This document shows, in pieces, positions 38,997 to 52,194 of a stretch of 64,000 nt of DNA. The stretch is from NCBI RefSeq assembly GCF_035084215.1, contig NC_090335.1, forward strand, positions 39,308,001 to 39,372,000, given 5' to 3'. The translations under genes were made by a program, and so were the position numbers. Position 1 is the stretch's first letter; each line of letters opens with the position of its first letter. Below the pieces are notes generated by a model, which worked only from the letters and a program-made list of their open reading frames with translations, ran no database searches and had not been told where the DNA came from. The DNA comes from Heptranchias perlo (lineage: Eukaryota).

Positions 38997-39316
38997 CTAT
39001 AACAGAAAAGAAAAATGGTCTCGAAAAATTCCCCTGAGAGCTATAATTTCACATGTATAATTTCCATTATCAGTCAGGTCTACAAGCTGTGTCTGAAGAC
39101 AAGTTCCATTACAAGGTGAAACTGTTAGTTTGTTAACTTTGGAGAATTTAAACAACCCATGATCAGCTTTGTAGGATACAATGTCTTGGGATGCTCCCAT
39201 TACTGATCGTCTCCATTTGACCAGAGTGATTTCTTTAGAGGACTGATTAGCACAGCAGTTTAAATTGATCTTGTTGCCCAGGATAGTGGTTACATGTGCA
39301 GCATATGCTCCATTTA
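38997..39316 (-). pseudogene. V-set Ig exon of the CD200R-like gene (320 nt; stop codon at the exon end)
   Basis: CTGCAG acceptor and GTAAG donor; GNKINLNC..VKW..DNGNYTCEI canonical V-set motifs; length is one short of a multiple of 3. Confidence 0.88.
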
Positions 39317-39534
39317 CTGCAGTGACAAAACAGAAGCTATGCATGAAAAAGGTGCAATACTTGCAAGTATCAAAATATTTAGCAACAAAGGCAGGTGATT
39401 TTTAACCTTAGAATTGGAAAAAAAAATCATCAAATGCTAAAGTTGAGAATTTACGATCAATCATTTTTATTTATTATTGTTCAAAATAAGATAATTTTAT
39501 TTTCAATATTTAATATTACAGCTGAGGTTTATTT

Positions 39535-39908
39535 GACTTGAGTACCTAATCTAGGCTGACACTTCGGTGCCCACTGTCAGAGATGTTGTCCTTCAGATGA
39601 GACGCTAAACCAAGGCCCCGTCTGCCCTCTCAGGTGGATCCCATGGCACTATTTCGAAGAAGAGCAGGGAGTTCTCCCCACTGTCCTGGCCAATATTTAT
39701 CTCTCAACCAACGTCACTAAAAACAGATTATCTGGTCATTATCTTATTACTGTTTGTGGGAGTTTTATGTGCGCAATTTGGCTGCCACATTTCCTACATT
39801 ACAACAATGACTACACTTCAAAAAGTATTTAATTGGTTGTAAGGCGCTTTTGGGCTTCCTGAGTTTGTGAAAGGTGCTGTACAAATGCAGGTTATTTCTT
39901 TCTTTCTT
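39535..39908 (+). mobile_element. SacSINE1/DeuSINE-like SINE
   Basis: Matches the other copies; ends ...AAATGCAGGTTATTTCTTTCTTTC. Confidence 0.8.
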
Positions 39909-42132
39909 TAAAAGATTAGTAACCTATACTTGTTACAGCTACTGACATAGAAGGTGACAGTTCTTTCTACACCAAGATAATACAAATGGTCGACAAGTTG
40001 TTCAAAGAAACAGGCTTAAAGAGCTGAATGTCCCTTTTGTTACAGGTTTTTTATGTTGTTATGGGACTTTTAACCATATGACAAATGGTAAATAGCAGGA
40101 GGAAAGTCACATTCCTACAAGTAAGTGAGCAGAGATAGTTTCAAACAAACATACATATCATTCATATGTGAGCTTCCAGAAACCATTATAAACCACTTAA
40201 GGTATGAACTTAAAGTCCACTTTACCATCAGTACCCTCTTAAACTCATTATTGTCCACTTTTGTACATACAATCTTCCAGATAACAGGAACCCATCATTT
40301 TAGCACATATTTATAATCACATCTGCTTTCATCAGCAGTCTGACCGTTTAAATGGCATGCTCTCATTTCCGAGGTATGAAGCTTTCACTTTAGATAACAA
40401 AGAAAGTGAAATATCACAACTTAATTGATAATTGTTAAATAGTAACAATATAACTAAATGTAAAAGTTAGATGAATTGCATATTATTAGATCATTTAAAT
40501 AATATTGGTTCAAAATATAAAATGTATTTATGCTACTGAAGAGAATATATCAGCACCCTGTTAGATACATTTTTTATCCAACAAATAGACTCGACCAAAT
40601 AATGTACAAATTTGGGAGAATGTTATGTTGGGTCCACTTGTTGGATAAATAATGTATCCAATGAATTGCTGATGTATTTTCTGTGCATATTAAGATACTT
40701 GTTAGCTCTTTGAGAATTGTTTTTTTCATGTCAGTGGAAGCAGCTTAAATAGTTGTCAAAATTTATGTTGTCCATAAAGAACATAGTACAAACAGAATAA
40801 AACATCATGTGGATAGCTGGAGGCTTTTTGTGTGAGGTATAATTGGTGACACAGCTTTGAAGACAGTGTGAGCTGCAGCAGTCTTGTGCTGTACTTTTTC
40901 TGTGCTTTTGGTGGCAGAAAAATAGACGCAGATGCAATGTTAGCATGAGGTTTGAAATGTTGCACCATGCTGGAGTGTGATGACATCTTTTTCTCTCACA
41001 ATAATCTCCATATCAATTGTAAGAAACTAAATTAAAATATCTCCACTGCAAATTGCATTCTTTTCCCAAGATTTTGCTTCATCTTTTTTTAAAGTGAAGC
41101 CAAGGTGTCATTCAGTACGACAATAACCTATTATCTGTGGTGTGTGTGTCACTGTATCCCTAGGTTATTAAAGGCCAACATACCATACACAGATGAAATT
41201 TGGTGGTGTTGATTTAAACAAGTCAGATTCATGTTTCAGGGAATTTCAACTCTGTGTTTCAAATTAAATCATTTTCAGTTTTGGAATCTTTTCCTGTTTT
41301 CTGTCTGAATGCCAGATTACACAGATTGCATGTTAACAATGATTTAAACATCTACCTAACAAAATAATTCTCCTCCACCTGTCATCATTTCTAAATGAAT
41401 CAATTTAGTATGGCACTAAACTGCAATAATAAGCACATTTTGTGTTGTCTATCAAAAGCAGATTCAATTTCTGGCACTGTAAATACAAAATGAATGTTAA
41501 AGTTTTGTAACAGCAGTATCCAAGAACTATAAATTTGAAAAGTACAACCCTTATTTTATTTATACAAGTGCATTCCATTTAAGACAAATAGTTACACATT
41601 CCACAAGACCTCAATGGGGTAATATGTAATAGGGCACTAATATGTAATAAGGCACTGTTGTAGTACCCATCAGGTACTTCTTAAGGTGGTGAAGAAAGAT
41701 CTGGGGGAAATTCTCCTCTTTGTGGCAGAGTTCCAACGGAGGGAGCACTTCTGCCTGCCCCTACAGATCTGCCCCCAACTCTAACCCTGGTTCATTCCAT
41801 AAGCACTGAGGGTACCCAGTGGGAGTCCCACCATTAATAGAGAGCTTACTAGTGTGAGGGCGGAGAATCCTAATGGTACTATACCAAGGACACCAAATAG
41901 GCTGCTAGAAGGCACTGTCCCTTCACTGGGACCACAGATCCTTTACTGCCACTTCCTGGGGCCTACTGATACTTTACACATAGCACTTCCTGGAAGCAGA
42001 AGTAAGCGAGGTAGATGGGCGGCCACCATTTGTCATTTGCATGCTACCCTTTGGTGACGTTATAGGAAACATTGGGTCAGTATTCACATCTATGTTGATG
42101 ATATTCAGGTCTATCTCACCATCTCCTCCAAC

Positions 42133-42350
42133 TAGTGCCGTGGGATCTTTTGCATCCACCTGAGGGGGCAGACGGTGGCCTTGGTTTAATATCTCATCCG
42201 AAAGATGGCACCTCTGACAGTGCAGCACTCGCTCAGTACTGCACTGGAGTGTCAGCTCAGATTATGTGCTCAAGTCTCTGGAATGGGACTTGAACCCACA
42301 ACCTGACTCAGAAGCAAGAGTGCTACCAACTGAGTCACGACTGACACCTG
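42133..42350 (-). mobile_element. SINE 5' half (tRNA-like head)
   Basis: Box A/B-like TGACTCAGTTGG..GGTTCAAGTCC on the minus strand. Confidence 0.75.
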
Positions 42351-42929
42351 ATAGATCTGGAGGGAGGAGACCGAAGCCCAAATTTTCCTCAACAGCGGCT
42401 TTGACACTGAAACTATGGTGGGACAGGCTTTCTTGCTAAAAAATTGACCTCGCGCTGACCCTGCAATTTTGCTAATTTTGGCAAGCTCCCTGAAGGATTT
42501 CTAACTGTGATGGGGACCCTGCTACAGGGTAGGGAGGAAAATGGCCGCTACAGGCCTCAGGCGTCTGTCACAGTGGAGTAAAGCTGGCAACCTATAGGGC
42601 AATTGAAAATGAGAGCTAGCTTTTAAAAAAAAGTTAAAAATACAGAGGGTGGGAGTGCATATTGGGATGGTGTATATAACGTCTGCTGTCACATCTGGTG
42701 GAAAATTCCTGAAAGGGAAGTGGGCAGTGGGCAGCAACCCAGCCCAATTCCTGCCCCCAATCACTGCTCTACAGCATGAAATTGGTTGGTAAAAGAGCAG
42801 AATATCTGGGACAAACTTTGTAGCCGGATGATGGATATTTGATATCTGGTGAAGTGGAGGTGGTGTGAAAATAAAATAGTAGTGAGCAGGATGGTCCTGC
42901 TTTCCATTCCAGTGCACCTTCCCCTTAAA

Positions 42930-43210
42930 ATAGAATCGCAGCCTGCTGGAAACAGGCAGAGGAGGAAGACTTGAGGGTACAGCTGACCATCACAGCCACT
43001 GGCAGTGCCTTATCGTTCATGAGAGCTTCAGGTCACCTTCCAGCATCTGGCTGTCTGCTGATCCGCTGTGTAGGTTGTCTCCTTTGGTCATGGCAGATAG
43101 GTGCACCTCTGCCTATAATTATGGGTGAGAGGGTACCATCGGGTGTCACAGTCTGCTTCTGGGGCAGCTTGAACTGCCTGGCATCCTTCCATTCAGCCTC
43201 CTCTTCTTCC
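42930..43210 (-). pseudogene. Harbinger transposase N-terminal remnant
   Basis: ALPVAVMVSCTL...CFQ, resembling LPVAVKVTTALNFFASGSFQ. Confidence 0.5.
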
Positions 43211-43879
43211 AAAAAACACAAGTAAAAAGAGATTTCTTTAAGAGACACACTGTTTATATATTGTGCACGTAGGAAAAAAATGGCAGTGCAGGCCTCCTGG
43301 CCAACTACATGGAAACAGGAAACAACCCCTAAAGACAAGAAAGAAGAATTAGAAATAGGCAATAGGCCTCTTATTAGCATATTCAAAGGGCTGTTTCAGG
43401 CTGACGCCAGGGATGTCTCTGGAGTTCCCGAACCAATACACATCGGACAGAAAGTTGGCCCCCTTTATTGGACCTATGTGCCCCCATTTTCCACCGGGGC
43501 CCAATATCTTCTCATTTTTAAACAAGACAAAATGGCTTCAAAAAGCAACAGATTAACAGAAGAATCATAACACGTTTTTGTTTGCACAAATTGAATAGCT
43601 GGACAAAATATTTAAGGCAAAAATTAATACTTTTTAAAATAAATTATATGTTATTAAATACATGAAAAGTCACTTTTAAAAATATTTAAAGACTTCGGAT
43701 AGTGAACCATTTTTAATTTGTGCTTTTTAAATTGATTACAAAAAATGATCAGATTTAATTTCCGACTCATCAAATGAACAAGCATGATGCAATCACTGTA
43801 TAGTAGTGCATGTTTTATTTAAAGAAAAATGTGCACTAAAGCACAGAAGATAATATTTTTAGCAGAAAACTTCAAAAGT

Positions 43880-46226
43880 TTGAAAAGTGCATGTGTGTAA
43901 GCGCATGAAGCATGAAAAATAAGGTTGGTGAGCTGCAGGTGCAAATAGCCACATGGCAATATGATGTAATGATGATAACTGAGACCTGGCTCAAAAAAGG
44001 CAGGATTGAGTACTAAATATTCCTGGATACAAAGAAACAAGGAGGGTTAAATTGGATAAACCCTGAGTCTGGGCACGGGGGTCACGGTGTACGATTAACC
44101 CACGCCCGGTCGTTGAGATGCAGGCAGCACGTGAGATTCCTGCTGCCGGATCATCTTTATTGCTGCGTGCAGCCAGTGCGACCACACGCAGCGCATCATG
44201 CAGGTTAATGCCTGCTACCCTGGCAGCAGTCATGACGCCTTCATTATGCGGCAATCCAACGTCCCACCAATCTTTCAACCAGCATGGCAAGTCAAAGGCT
44301 GGCTATTGAGTGACAAGGGCTATCCCCCCATGAGGTGGTTCATGACTCCGGTCAGGAATGCACACACACATGCAGAGCAGGCCTACGATGAGAAGCATGC
44401 GGCCACACAAAACGTCATCGAGCACACCGTAGGCATCCTAAAACACCGCTTCCGGTATGGAATGCATCCGAGACAGTTTTCTAGAACAATATTTTGAGGA
44501 ACCAACTAGGGAACAGGCTATTTTAGATCTAGTATTGTGTAATGAGACAGGATCAATTAGGAAGATGATGCTGCCAAAGTCACAGTAAAAGAGGAAGTAA
44601 TTGAGATACTGAATGGGCTAAAAATTGATAAAGAGGAGATTCTAGAAAGGCTGGCTGTACTTAAAATAGATAAGTCACCCGATCCGGATGGGATGCATCC
44701 TAGATTGCTGAGGGAAGGAAGGGTGGAAATTGTAGCGGTACTGGCCATAATCTTCCAATCCTCCTTAGATAAGGAGGTGGTGCCAGAGGACTGGAGAATT
44801 GCAAATGTTACACCCTTGTTCAAAAAGGGTGTAAGGATAAACCTGGCAACTACAGGCCAGTAAGTTTAACCTCAATGGTGGGGAAGCTTTTAGAAATGAT
44901 AATCCGGGACAAAATTAATAGTCAACTAGAAAGTGTGGATTAATTAGGGAAAGCCAGCACGGATTTGTTAAAGACAAACCGTGTTTAACTAACTTGATAG
45001 AGTTTTTTGAAGAGATAACAGGGAGGGTTGATGAGGACAATACGGTTGATGTTGTGTATTTGGACTTCCAAAAGGCGTTTGATAAAGTGCCACATAATAG
45101 GCTTGTCAGCAAAATTGAAGTGCATGGAATAAAAGGGGAAGTGGCAGCATGGATACGAAATTGGCTAAGTGACAGGAAACAGAGAGTAGTGGTGGACGCT
45201 AATTTTTGGATCGGAGGAAGGTATACAGCAGTGTTCCCAGGGGTTGGTACTAGGACCACTGCTTTTTTTGATATATATTAATGACTTGGATTTGGGTGTA
45301 CAGGGCACAAATTCAAAATTTGCAGATGACACAAAACTTGGAAGTGTAGTAAACAGTGAGGTGGATAGTGATAGACTTCAAGAGGACATAAACAGGCTGG
45401 TGGAATGGACGGACACATGGCAGATGAAATTTAACGCAGAGAAGTGTGAAGTAATACATTTTGGCAGGAAGAATGAGGAGAGGCAATATAAACTAAATGG
45501 TACAATTCTAAAAGGGGTGCAGGAACAGAGAGACCTGGGGGTATATGTGCACAAACCTTTGAAGGTGGCAGGACAGGGTGAGAAAGTAGTTAAGAAAGCA
45601 TGCAGGATCCTGGGCTTTATAAAAAGAGGCATAGAGTACAAAAGCAAGGAAGTTATCTTGAACCTTTGTAAAACAGTGGTTCAGCCACAACTTGAGTATT
45701 TTGTCCAATTCTTAGGAAGGATGTGAAGGCCTTAGAGAGGGTGCAGATAAGATTTACTAGAATGGGTCCAGGGATGAGGGACTTCAGTTATGTGGATAGG
45801 CTGGCGACGTTGGGGTTGTTCTCCTTTTAGAGCAGAGAAGGTTGAGAGGAGATTTGAAAGAAGTGTTCAAAATCATGAAGGGTTTAGATAAAGTAAATAA
45901 AGAGGGACTGTTCCCATTGGCAGAAGGGTTGAGAACCAAAGGACACAGATTTAAGGTGATTGGCAAAAGAACCAAAGGCGACATGAGAAAACACTCTTTT
46001 ACACAGCGAGTAGTTATGATCTGGAATGCGCTGCCTGAAAGGGTGGTGGAAGCAGATTCAATCATGGCTTTCAAAAAAGAATTGGATAAATACTTGAAGG
46101 GAAAAAATTTGCAGGGCTATGGGGAAAGAGCGAGGGAATGGGACTAACTGGATTGCTCTTACAAAGAGCTGGCACAGGCTCAATGGGCTGAATGGCCTCC
46201 TTCTGTGCTGTAACCATTCTATGATT
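43880..46226 (+). mobile_element. Internally deleted CR1 LINE with a Harbinger fragment embedded
   Basis: Endonuclease start (ITETWL), RT motifs (DFQKAFDKV, KFADDTK), 3' UTR and tail. Confidence 0.92.
44045..44456 (+). mobile_element. Harbinger terminus fused to a transposase catalytic fragment
   Basis: First ~140 bp resemble the reverse complement of copy A's right end; then YPGSSHDAFI...WLLSDKGYP...VIEHTVGILKHRFR. Confidence 0.85.
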
Positions 46227-46920
46227 TCAGGTTTGAACACAGGGTCCTAAATGTCTGAATTCAGCTGCTTAAGTATCTATTTACAAAAGACAAGGATTAG
46301 ATAAGAGTTCTTTTGCCGTATGTAAAAATGTTTGTGTTAAATCAGGACTTAGTAAGTGTTTTGTAAATTAACTACTTTTGGAAGGAATAGTTATGCAAGT
46401 AAGCAGTGCGCTGGTTTTTCAACGTGAACAGTTATAAGACAGATTAACTTAAAATAGATAATTTTGGAAAAGAAAAGCAGATCCTCTCCCAAACCAACAG
46501 ACAGTCATGAAGAAAGTCACAAACATAGCAGTTTGTATATTCATATCCATCAAGCCATTCACTTCAGCACTAACTACTTATTTGGCCAGCTGCCTTCTCT
46601 GCAAACAATTTCCTCGATTTCACATTTGTGCAGTTGGCTGCATTCAAACTAAATACGAAATCTTTGGAGGAAGCAATATTTGCATTTTGCATAGATAACT
46701 TCCTCTTGTGATAGGAAGACACTACATGGATCTAACGTGTATTTCCTGCTAGTCAACAATCCATTGTGTACTGAGGTTTTTTCAATTGGGTTTACCAGAA
46801 AATGCAATAGATTCAATGAGATGTCATTTTAATTTTAGAGTTTCATGCATACAATGTATGCAAAATATGCTAATAAAGTCTTGATATTCTAGAGATGTAA
46901 CATGGAGCAAATCTACTTAC

Positions 46921-46980
46921 TTGTAGTTAATCTTTCACCAAGAATTTGATATGGAAAACGGAATTGTATCTTTGGAAATC
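46921..46980 (-). pseudogene. 60-nt N-terminal exon (GFPKIQFRFPYQILGERLTT), candidate exon preceding the V domain
   Basis: TTTCCTAG acceptor, GTAAGT donor, phase 1-1, open frame. Confidence 0.5.
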
Positions 46981-47149
46981 CTAGGAAAGCTGAAGCCAAA
47001 ACACAAATCACATTAAATTAACAACTGTCGAAATCTCAATAGACACCCAGCAACAAGGAGCGGGGTGGGGCACCTTCCAGCAAGACATTCATACATAATC
47101 ACTTCTCATACCCACTTTTTATGTGCAGTTCTGTCCTCAGGTATGTACA

Positions 47150-49745
47150 GCAGCAACAACTTGCATTTATATAGTTCCTTTAACATAGAAAAACATCCCA
47201 AGGCACTTCACAGAAGCGTAATCAAACAAAAAGTGACACTGATCCAAACAAGGAGATATTAGGAGAGGTAACTAATTACTTAGTTAAAGAGGTAGGTTCT
47301 ATGGAGAGTCTTAAAGAAGTAGAGAGGTGGAGAGATAGAGAGATTTAGGGATGGAATTCCAGAGCTCAGGTCATAGATGGCTGAAGGTACAGCCATCAAT
47401 TGTGGATGAAGGGAGTGAGTTTGGACATGAGGCCACAATTGGAGAGTTCTTGGGGAGTTGTAGGGCTGAAGGAGATTACAGAGAAAGGGAGGGGTGAAGT
47501 CAGAAAGGGACTTGAACACGAGAATGAGAATTTTAAATTGGAGGCATTTGGTAACAGGAGCCAATGTAGGTCAGCCAGCATAGTTGTGATGGGTGAGTGG
47601 GACATGGTGCAGGTTATGTTATAGGCAACAGAGTTTTGGATGAACTGAAGTTTATGAAGGATGGCAGGCCAGCCAAGAGGACATTCCAATAGTTGAGCAT
47701 GAAGGTAAAAAAGGCATGGATGAGGGTTGCAGCAGCAGATGGACTGAAGCAGGGGCAGAGATGTATAATGTTAGGAAGGTGGATATATACAGTCTTTGTG
47801 AAGGTGAGGATATGGGGTCAAAAGCTTAGGAGGTTGTGAACGGTCTGGACCAGCCTGAGACAGTGGCCAGGGAGGGGGATAAAATCAGTGGTGAGGAAAT
47901 GGAGTTTGTGTTGGGAGCCAAAGAGAATGGCTTTGATCTTCCCAATGTTTAACTGGAGGAAACTGCAATTCATCCAGGTCTGGATGTCGGATGCAGAGGT
48001 AGAGCTGGGTGCTGTCAGTGTACATGTAGAAGCTGATAACATGTCCTTGGATGATGCTGCCATGTGGCAGCATGTAGATGAGGAACAGGTATGGGCCAAT
48101 GACAGATCCTTGAGGGACTCCAGAGCTAATGGTCCAGATGAGGGAAGAGAAGCCACTGCTGGAGATGCACTGGCTACAATTAGATAAGTAAGAGTGGAAC
48201 CACACAAAGGCTGTCCCACCAAGTTGGACAATGGAGGACGGGTACTGGAGGAGGAAAATGCGGTGGATCGTGTCAAAGGCTATAGAGAGGTCGAGAAGGA
48301 TAAGGATGTATAGTGGACCATGTTCAAAAACCCAAAGGATGCCATTTGTGGTTTTGATTTGGGCAGTTTTAGTGCAGAGATTCAAATATGGAGTTAGAGG
48401 AAAGATGGGCACAGATTTAGGAGGCGACAACACGTTCAAGGACTTTGGCGAGGAAAGGGGGGTTGGAGAGGGGCGGTAGTTTACAAAGACAGAGGTGTCC
48501 AGGGTGGGCTTATTGAGGAGGAAAGGTGATAATGGTGGTTTTGAAAGAGAGGGGAGCAGCACCTGAGGAAAGGGAACCATTTACATTGTCAGCTAGCATG
48601 GGACCAGGAGGAGAAGTTGGGTGTTCAGCAGTTTAGAGGATATAGGGTCAAGAGAGCAGGAGATGGGTTTCATGTGCAAGGTGAATTCACAGAGGGCATG
48701 AGAGGAGATAAGAGAGAAGCCAGAGAAAGATATGGGTTCAGGGTTAAGGCAAGGGGAACCTTGTGGTAAGTTTGGCTTGGCGAGGAAGGGGAAGGGGGTT
48801 ATGCAGCTCAGGCAGCTAAATGGATGCTCCCTATCTCCGTGACAAAGAATTCCATGAGTTCCTCGCACCTGTTGTTGGAAGTGAGGGTGGAGGGTGGATG
48901 GGAAAGGGGTTTAAGGCAACTTTTTGTACTGGAGAAAAGAAGCTGGGGGTTATTTTTTCATTTCAAGATGATCCAGGAAGTAGTAAATGGTTTGTCAGTA
49001 GAGATCAATGCCCAATAGTGCTTGATGCGGTCCAGCCAGATCTGGCAATGGATGGCTAAAGCAGATGTGCGCAGTCTGCTGTGATCGAGATGATACGAGT
49101 AGAAGGGCCACGTGAGATTGTAAGGTCGCTGGGGTGGCCATTAAAATGGTTGGGAGAGTTTATATGGAGGGGGAGGTTAAGGGAGGACAGGAGGGCAGTG
49201 AAATCAGAAGAGGGAGGGCAAGGTGAGTTGAGATGGTGATTGAAATCACCGAGAATGAGGAGTCTTTCAGTGCAGAGGCTGAGTAAGGAAAGATAGGAGG
49301 ATATCTCGGTGAGAAACTCGGGAAAGGGCTTGAGATGGGAGGGGGCGTGGTAGAGAATTCCCTAATGGAGTAGGAAGAGGCATGGAACAAAGTGAGGTGC
49401 CAGAGAAGTTGGGGGAGAGACCCAGGTGTGATTTGGTAACATGGGCCACAGGTGGTTTGGGTGGGCAGCTGATGGAATGTATAGCAAGGCAGGGAGGCTT
49501 CAGTAAAGGACAAGGTATCTTCAGCTGGAGCCAAGTTTTCTTCAAGACCATGATGTCAATCCAATCATCCAGAATAAAGTCATGATTGGCAAGGGCCTTG
49601 TTTGTGAGTGAATGGATATTCTGGAGGGCAGTGCAGAAAAGGGCTTTGATTGTTGATCCACTGGCAGAGTCCAATGGGGCAGCACTGGATGGGGTGAGTA
49701 AGATGGGAAGGATGTTGGCGACTTTAGTCCCCAAGTGGCGCACTG
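47150..49745 (-). mobile_element. L2-clade LINE, degenerate ORF2
   Basis: NIHSLTNK (endonuclease start), SCSLDPI, LILLDLSIAFDTI, GVPQGSVIGP, FLQLNIGK; 3' tail ATATAAATGCAAGTTGTTG. Confidence 0.88.
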
Positions 49746-51829
49746 GACAGAAAAGTCATCGACGGAGGAGAATGGGGCAGCTGGGGTTGTCTCTCTTAAG
49801 GAGGCAGTGATGTGTGCATCAATGGACCCTTTGGAGAATGTCAAGAGAGACACAGAGTGTAGCTGTGAGCTTATCAAAGGGACAATCAAGCCTGAGACAG
49901 TGACAGGAGAGTAAGAAGGAACAGGATTTGTGACGGGTTGGGTTAGGGATGGAGGGGGGTGGTGGGGGCAAGGTACCCAGGAGCAGAGAAATGAAAAGTG
50001 CCATGACTGGGTGACAGGAAGGGCAGGAGATAGGAGTGAAAAGACCAATATGGGTCAAGTAAAGAGCAAAAATAGGGAGTTAGAAGTAATGGGCTTGGGG
50101 CCGGTGTGGCAGACAAAATGTGCAGGCGAATGGCCATAGAGGAAATGATCTACCAAGAGGAAAGCCGGAAAAATCATGCAGGAGAGATTTTGACAGTGGT
50201 CTTAGGTTATTAATATAACACACACCGGGGGATGCCCCAGGAAATGCACATCATGCACAAAGGAGGAGAAGACTTGGTGTAATGGGCCTCCACCACAATT
50301 TCTTCTGCCTAACACTCCACATCTAGATACTCCTATGGTGTTAGGTAGAGAATAGTTGACCCCTTTATGTCTGACCAGGTATCCTAGAGCGGGCCAAGTC
50401 ATTCAATTTAAATACAAGAATCTTTTGGATTTTGTTTGTATATCTGTTTGATTGGAGCTCTTTTGAGTTTAAGAGACATGTATTTAAATTTCCTTTGTTC
50501 TTGCTGTTTTTGAAAAGTATTTTTCAGCCTGTCTTGTTCATACTGGGTTGTCCATCTGAAATAGATAGACAGACAGATAGACTAGAGACACTCCATGGAA
50601 GGCCAGAAATAAATTGTCATGTAAAGATTAATGTTCAGGGACCTTTGGTCCTATTTACATTGCAGTTTAACATGGCAGACACACTGTTATTTTCTATCTT
50701 CCAAAGAGGGATAGGTTAGCCTGTAACTACTGAAAATCTACATTGTGTCATTGCATTTGTTCACTTATCCATTTACTATCTACTATATAGTTAAAAGCAG
50801 TGAGTGGTCTTAATAATTTAATGGTATTGTGCCTGTGAGTGGAACAGTATTGTACCTAACATTAGGTGACCATCAATCAACTGAACTCAAGCCTTTTATG
50901 CCAATTCTAACTGCAGCTTTTAACATCTGTCACAGAGTGTCACTGTAGCAATACATGTCCTGGAGAACAGTAGACATCTTGCTAAAGATAAGTAAAAGCA
51001 AGTCCAATGTACTCAGCTTGGAGCCTACATAAATTGGTGTTTCTGTGTTTCTCCTCACTCCTGTTTTTGCTAAGTAGCATGAGAACAGCTCCCGAGGCCT
51101 ACTCAGCCTGTTTTATGGCAATATTGCCACTGTTTCTGTGTCTCCCTTCCCCCAACATTTGTTAAATGGCTGCCCCAACCACTGAGCCATTCTGCCTACC
51201 GCTGTTGGCTCCTTAGCTGCCCTCCCTCAATTGTTTGCCTGCCCACCTGCCTCACTGGTCTTGCGGTACTGCAGCCTTATTCCTCACTGCTGCTGCCCCC
51301 AATAGCCCTGTGGTAATCAGTGGGATAAAGCTGGTTGTCTGCGTTGTTTTCCTGTGTCCCCGCTGATCAGCGTCTCAATGGCCTTACATTTAATTAATTT
51401 TCCTTAGAGATGTCCTGACCTTTATTTAAATCATTTTCCCCAGTGAAGCCCCAATCTTAAATTAATTTTGTTGACTGAAGCCCTGGTACTTATTTAATTA
51501 GTGTTACTAATGTGTAACAGCCCTTTCAATTTACTAACACCTCAGCCCCGATTTTAACCTAACCCGCCCCATTTCCACCAATTTCGGGCAGGGTGTAAAA
51601 CAAATGATCAACCCAAACTCATTCCCGCTGGGTGGGTTAGGTTGAAATTACCCCCCACATCTTTATTTCGTTAATTTTATGCCCAATTCATTCATTCATT
51701 CATCCCCACCATTGGCAACTTTATTTTACGTATTTGGTGCCATTTCTCCCATTCTGCATAAAGTTGCTTTAAACTCATAAATCATCCATCTACATTCAAT
51801 TCATTTTTCTCACTTGCATTTTTATTTTC

Positions 51830-52110
51830 AACTACCTCATCCTCTTCCCCTCCCTGTCTCTCTGTACCCTATTCTCTTCCCTCTGTCCCTGACCTCTCTG
51901 ACTGCCCTCGCCCCTCTTCCCCTCCCTGACATCTCCCATTCCCCATCCTCTTCCCCCTTCATAGTCTTCCCCTCTCTATCATCCTCTTCCTCCTCCCCAA
52001 ACTCTCTCCTCCTCCTCCCCATACCCTACTCTCTCCATGCTCCGCATCTCTTCTCCTTCTCCATTTCTTCCCCGATCCACCTTCCCTTCTGATCTCCCCA
52101 TTTCACCCTC
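51830..52110. repeat. Polypyrimidine low-complexity tract
   Basis: Plus strand is almost entirely C/T. Confidence 0.8.
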
Positions 52111-52194
52111 CTTAAAGTACTTGTGTCACCAATTCAAGTAATGAAGCTGCTTCCTTTAGTTCTAATCTAACAAGGTGGGCACAACATTACAAGA

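Larger units (their letters stand above)
16497..46980 (-). pseudogene. CD200R-like V+C2 Ig-superfamily type I receptor gene, probably pseudogenised; leader exon not found
   Basis: Colinear exons 46921-46980, 38997-39316 (V), ~27558-27829 (C2), 26100-26150 (stalk), 24854-24954 (TM), 16497-16579 (tail); phase-1 junctions up to the TM exon; multiple lesions. Confidence 0.75.
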
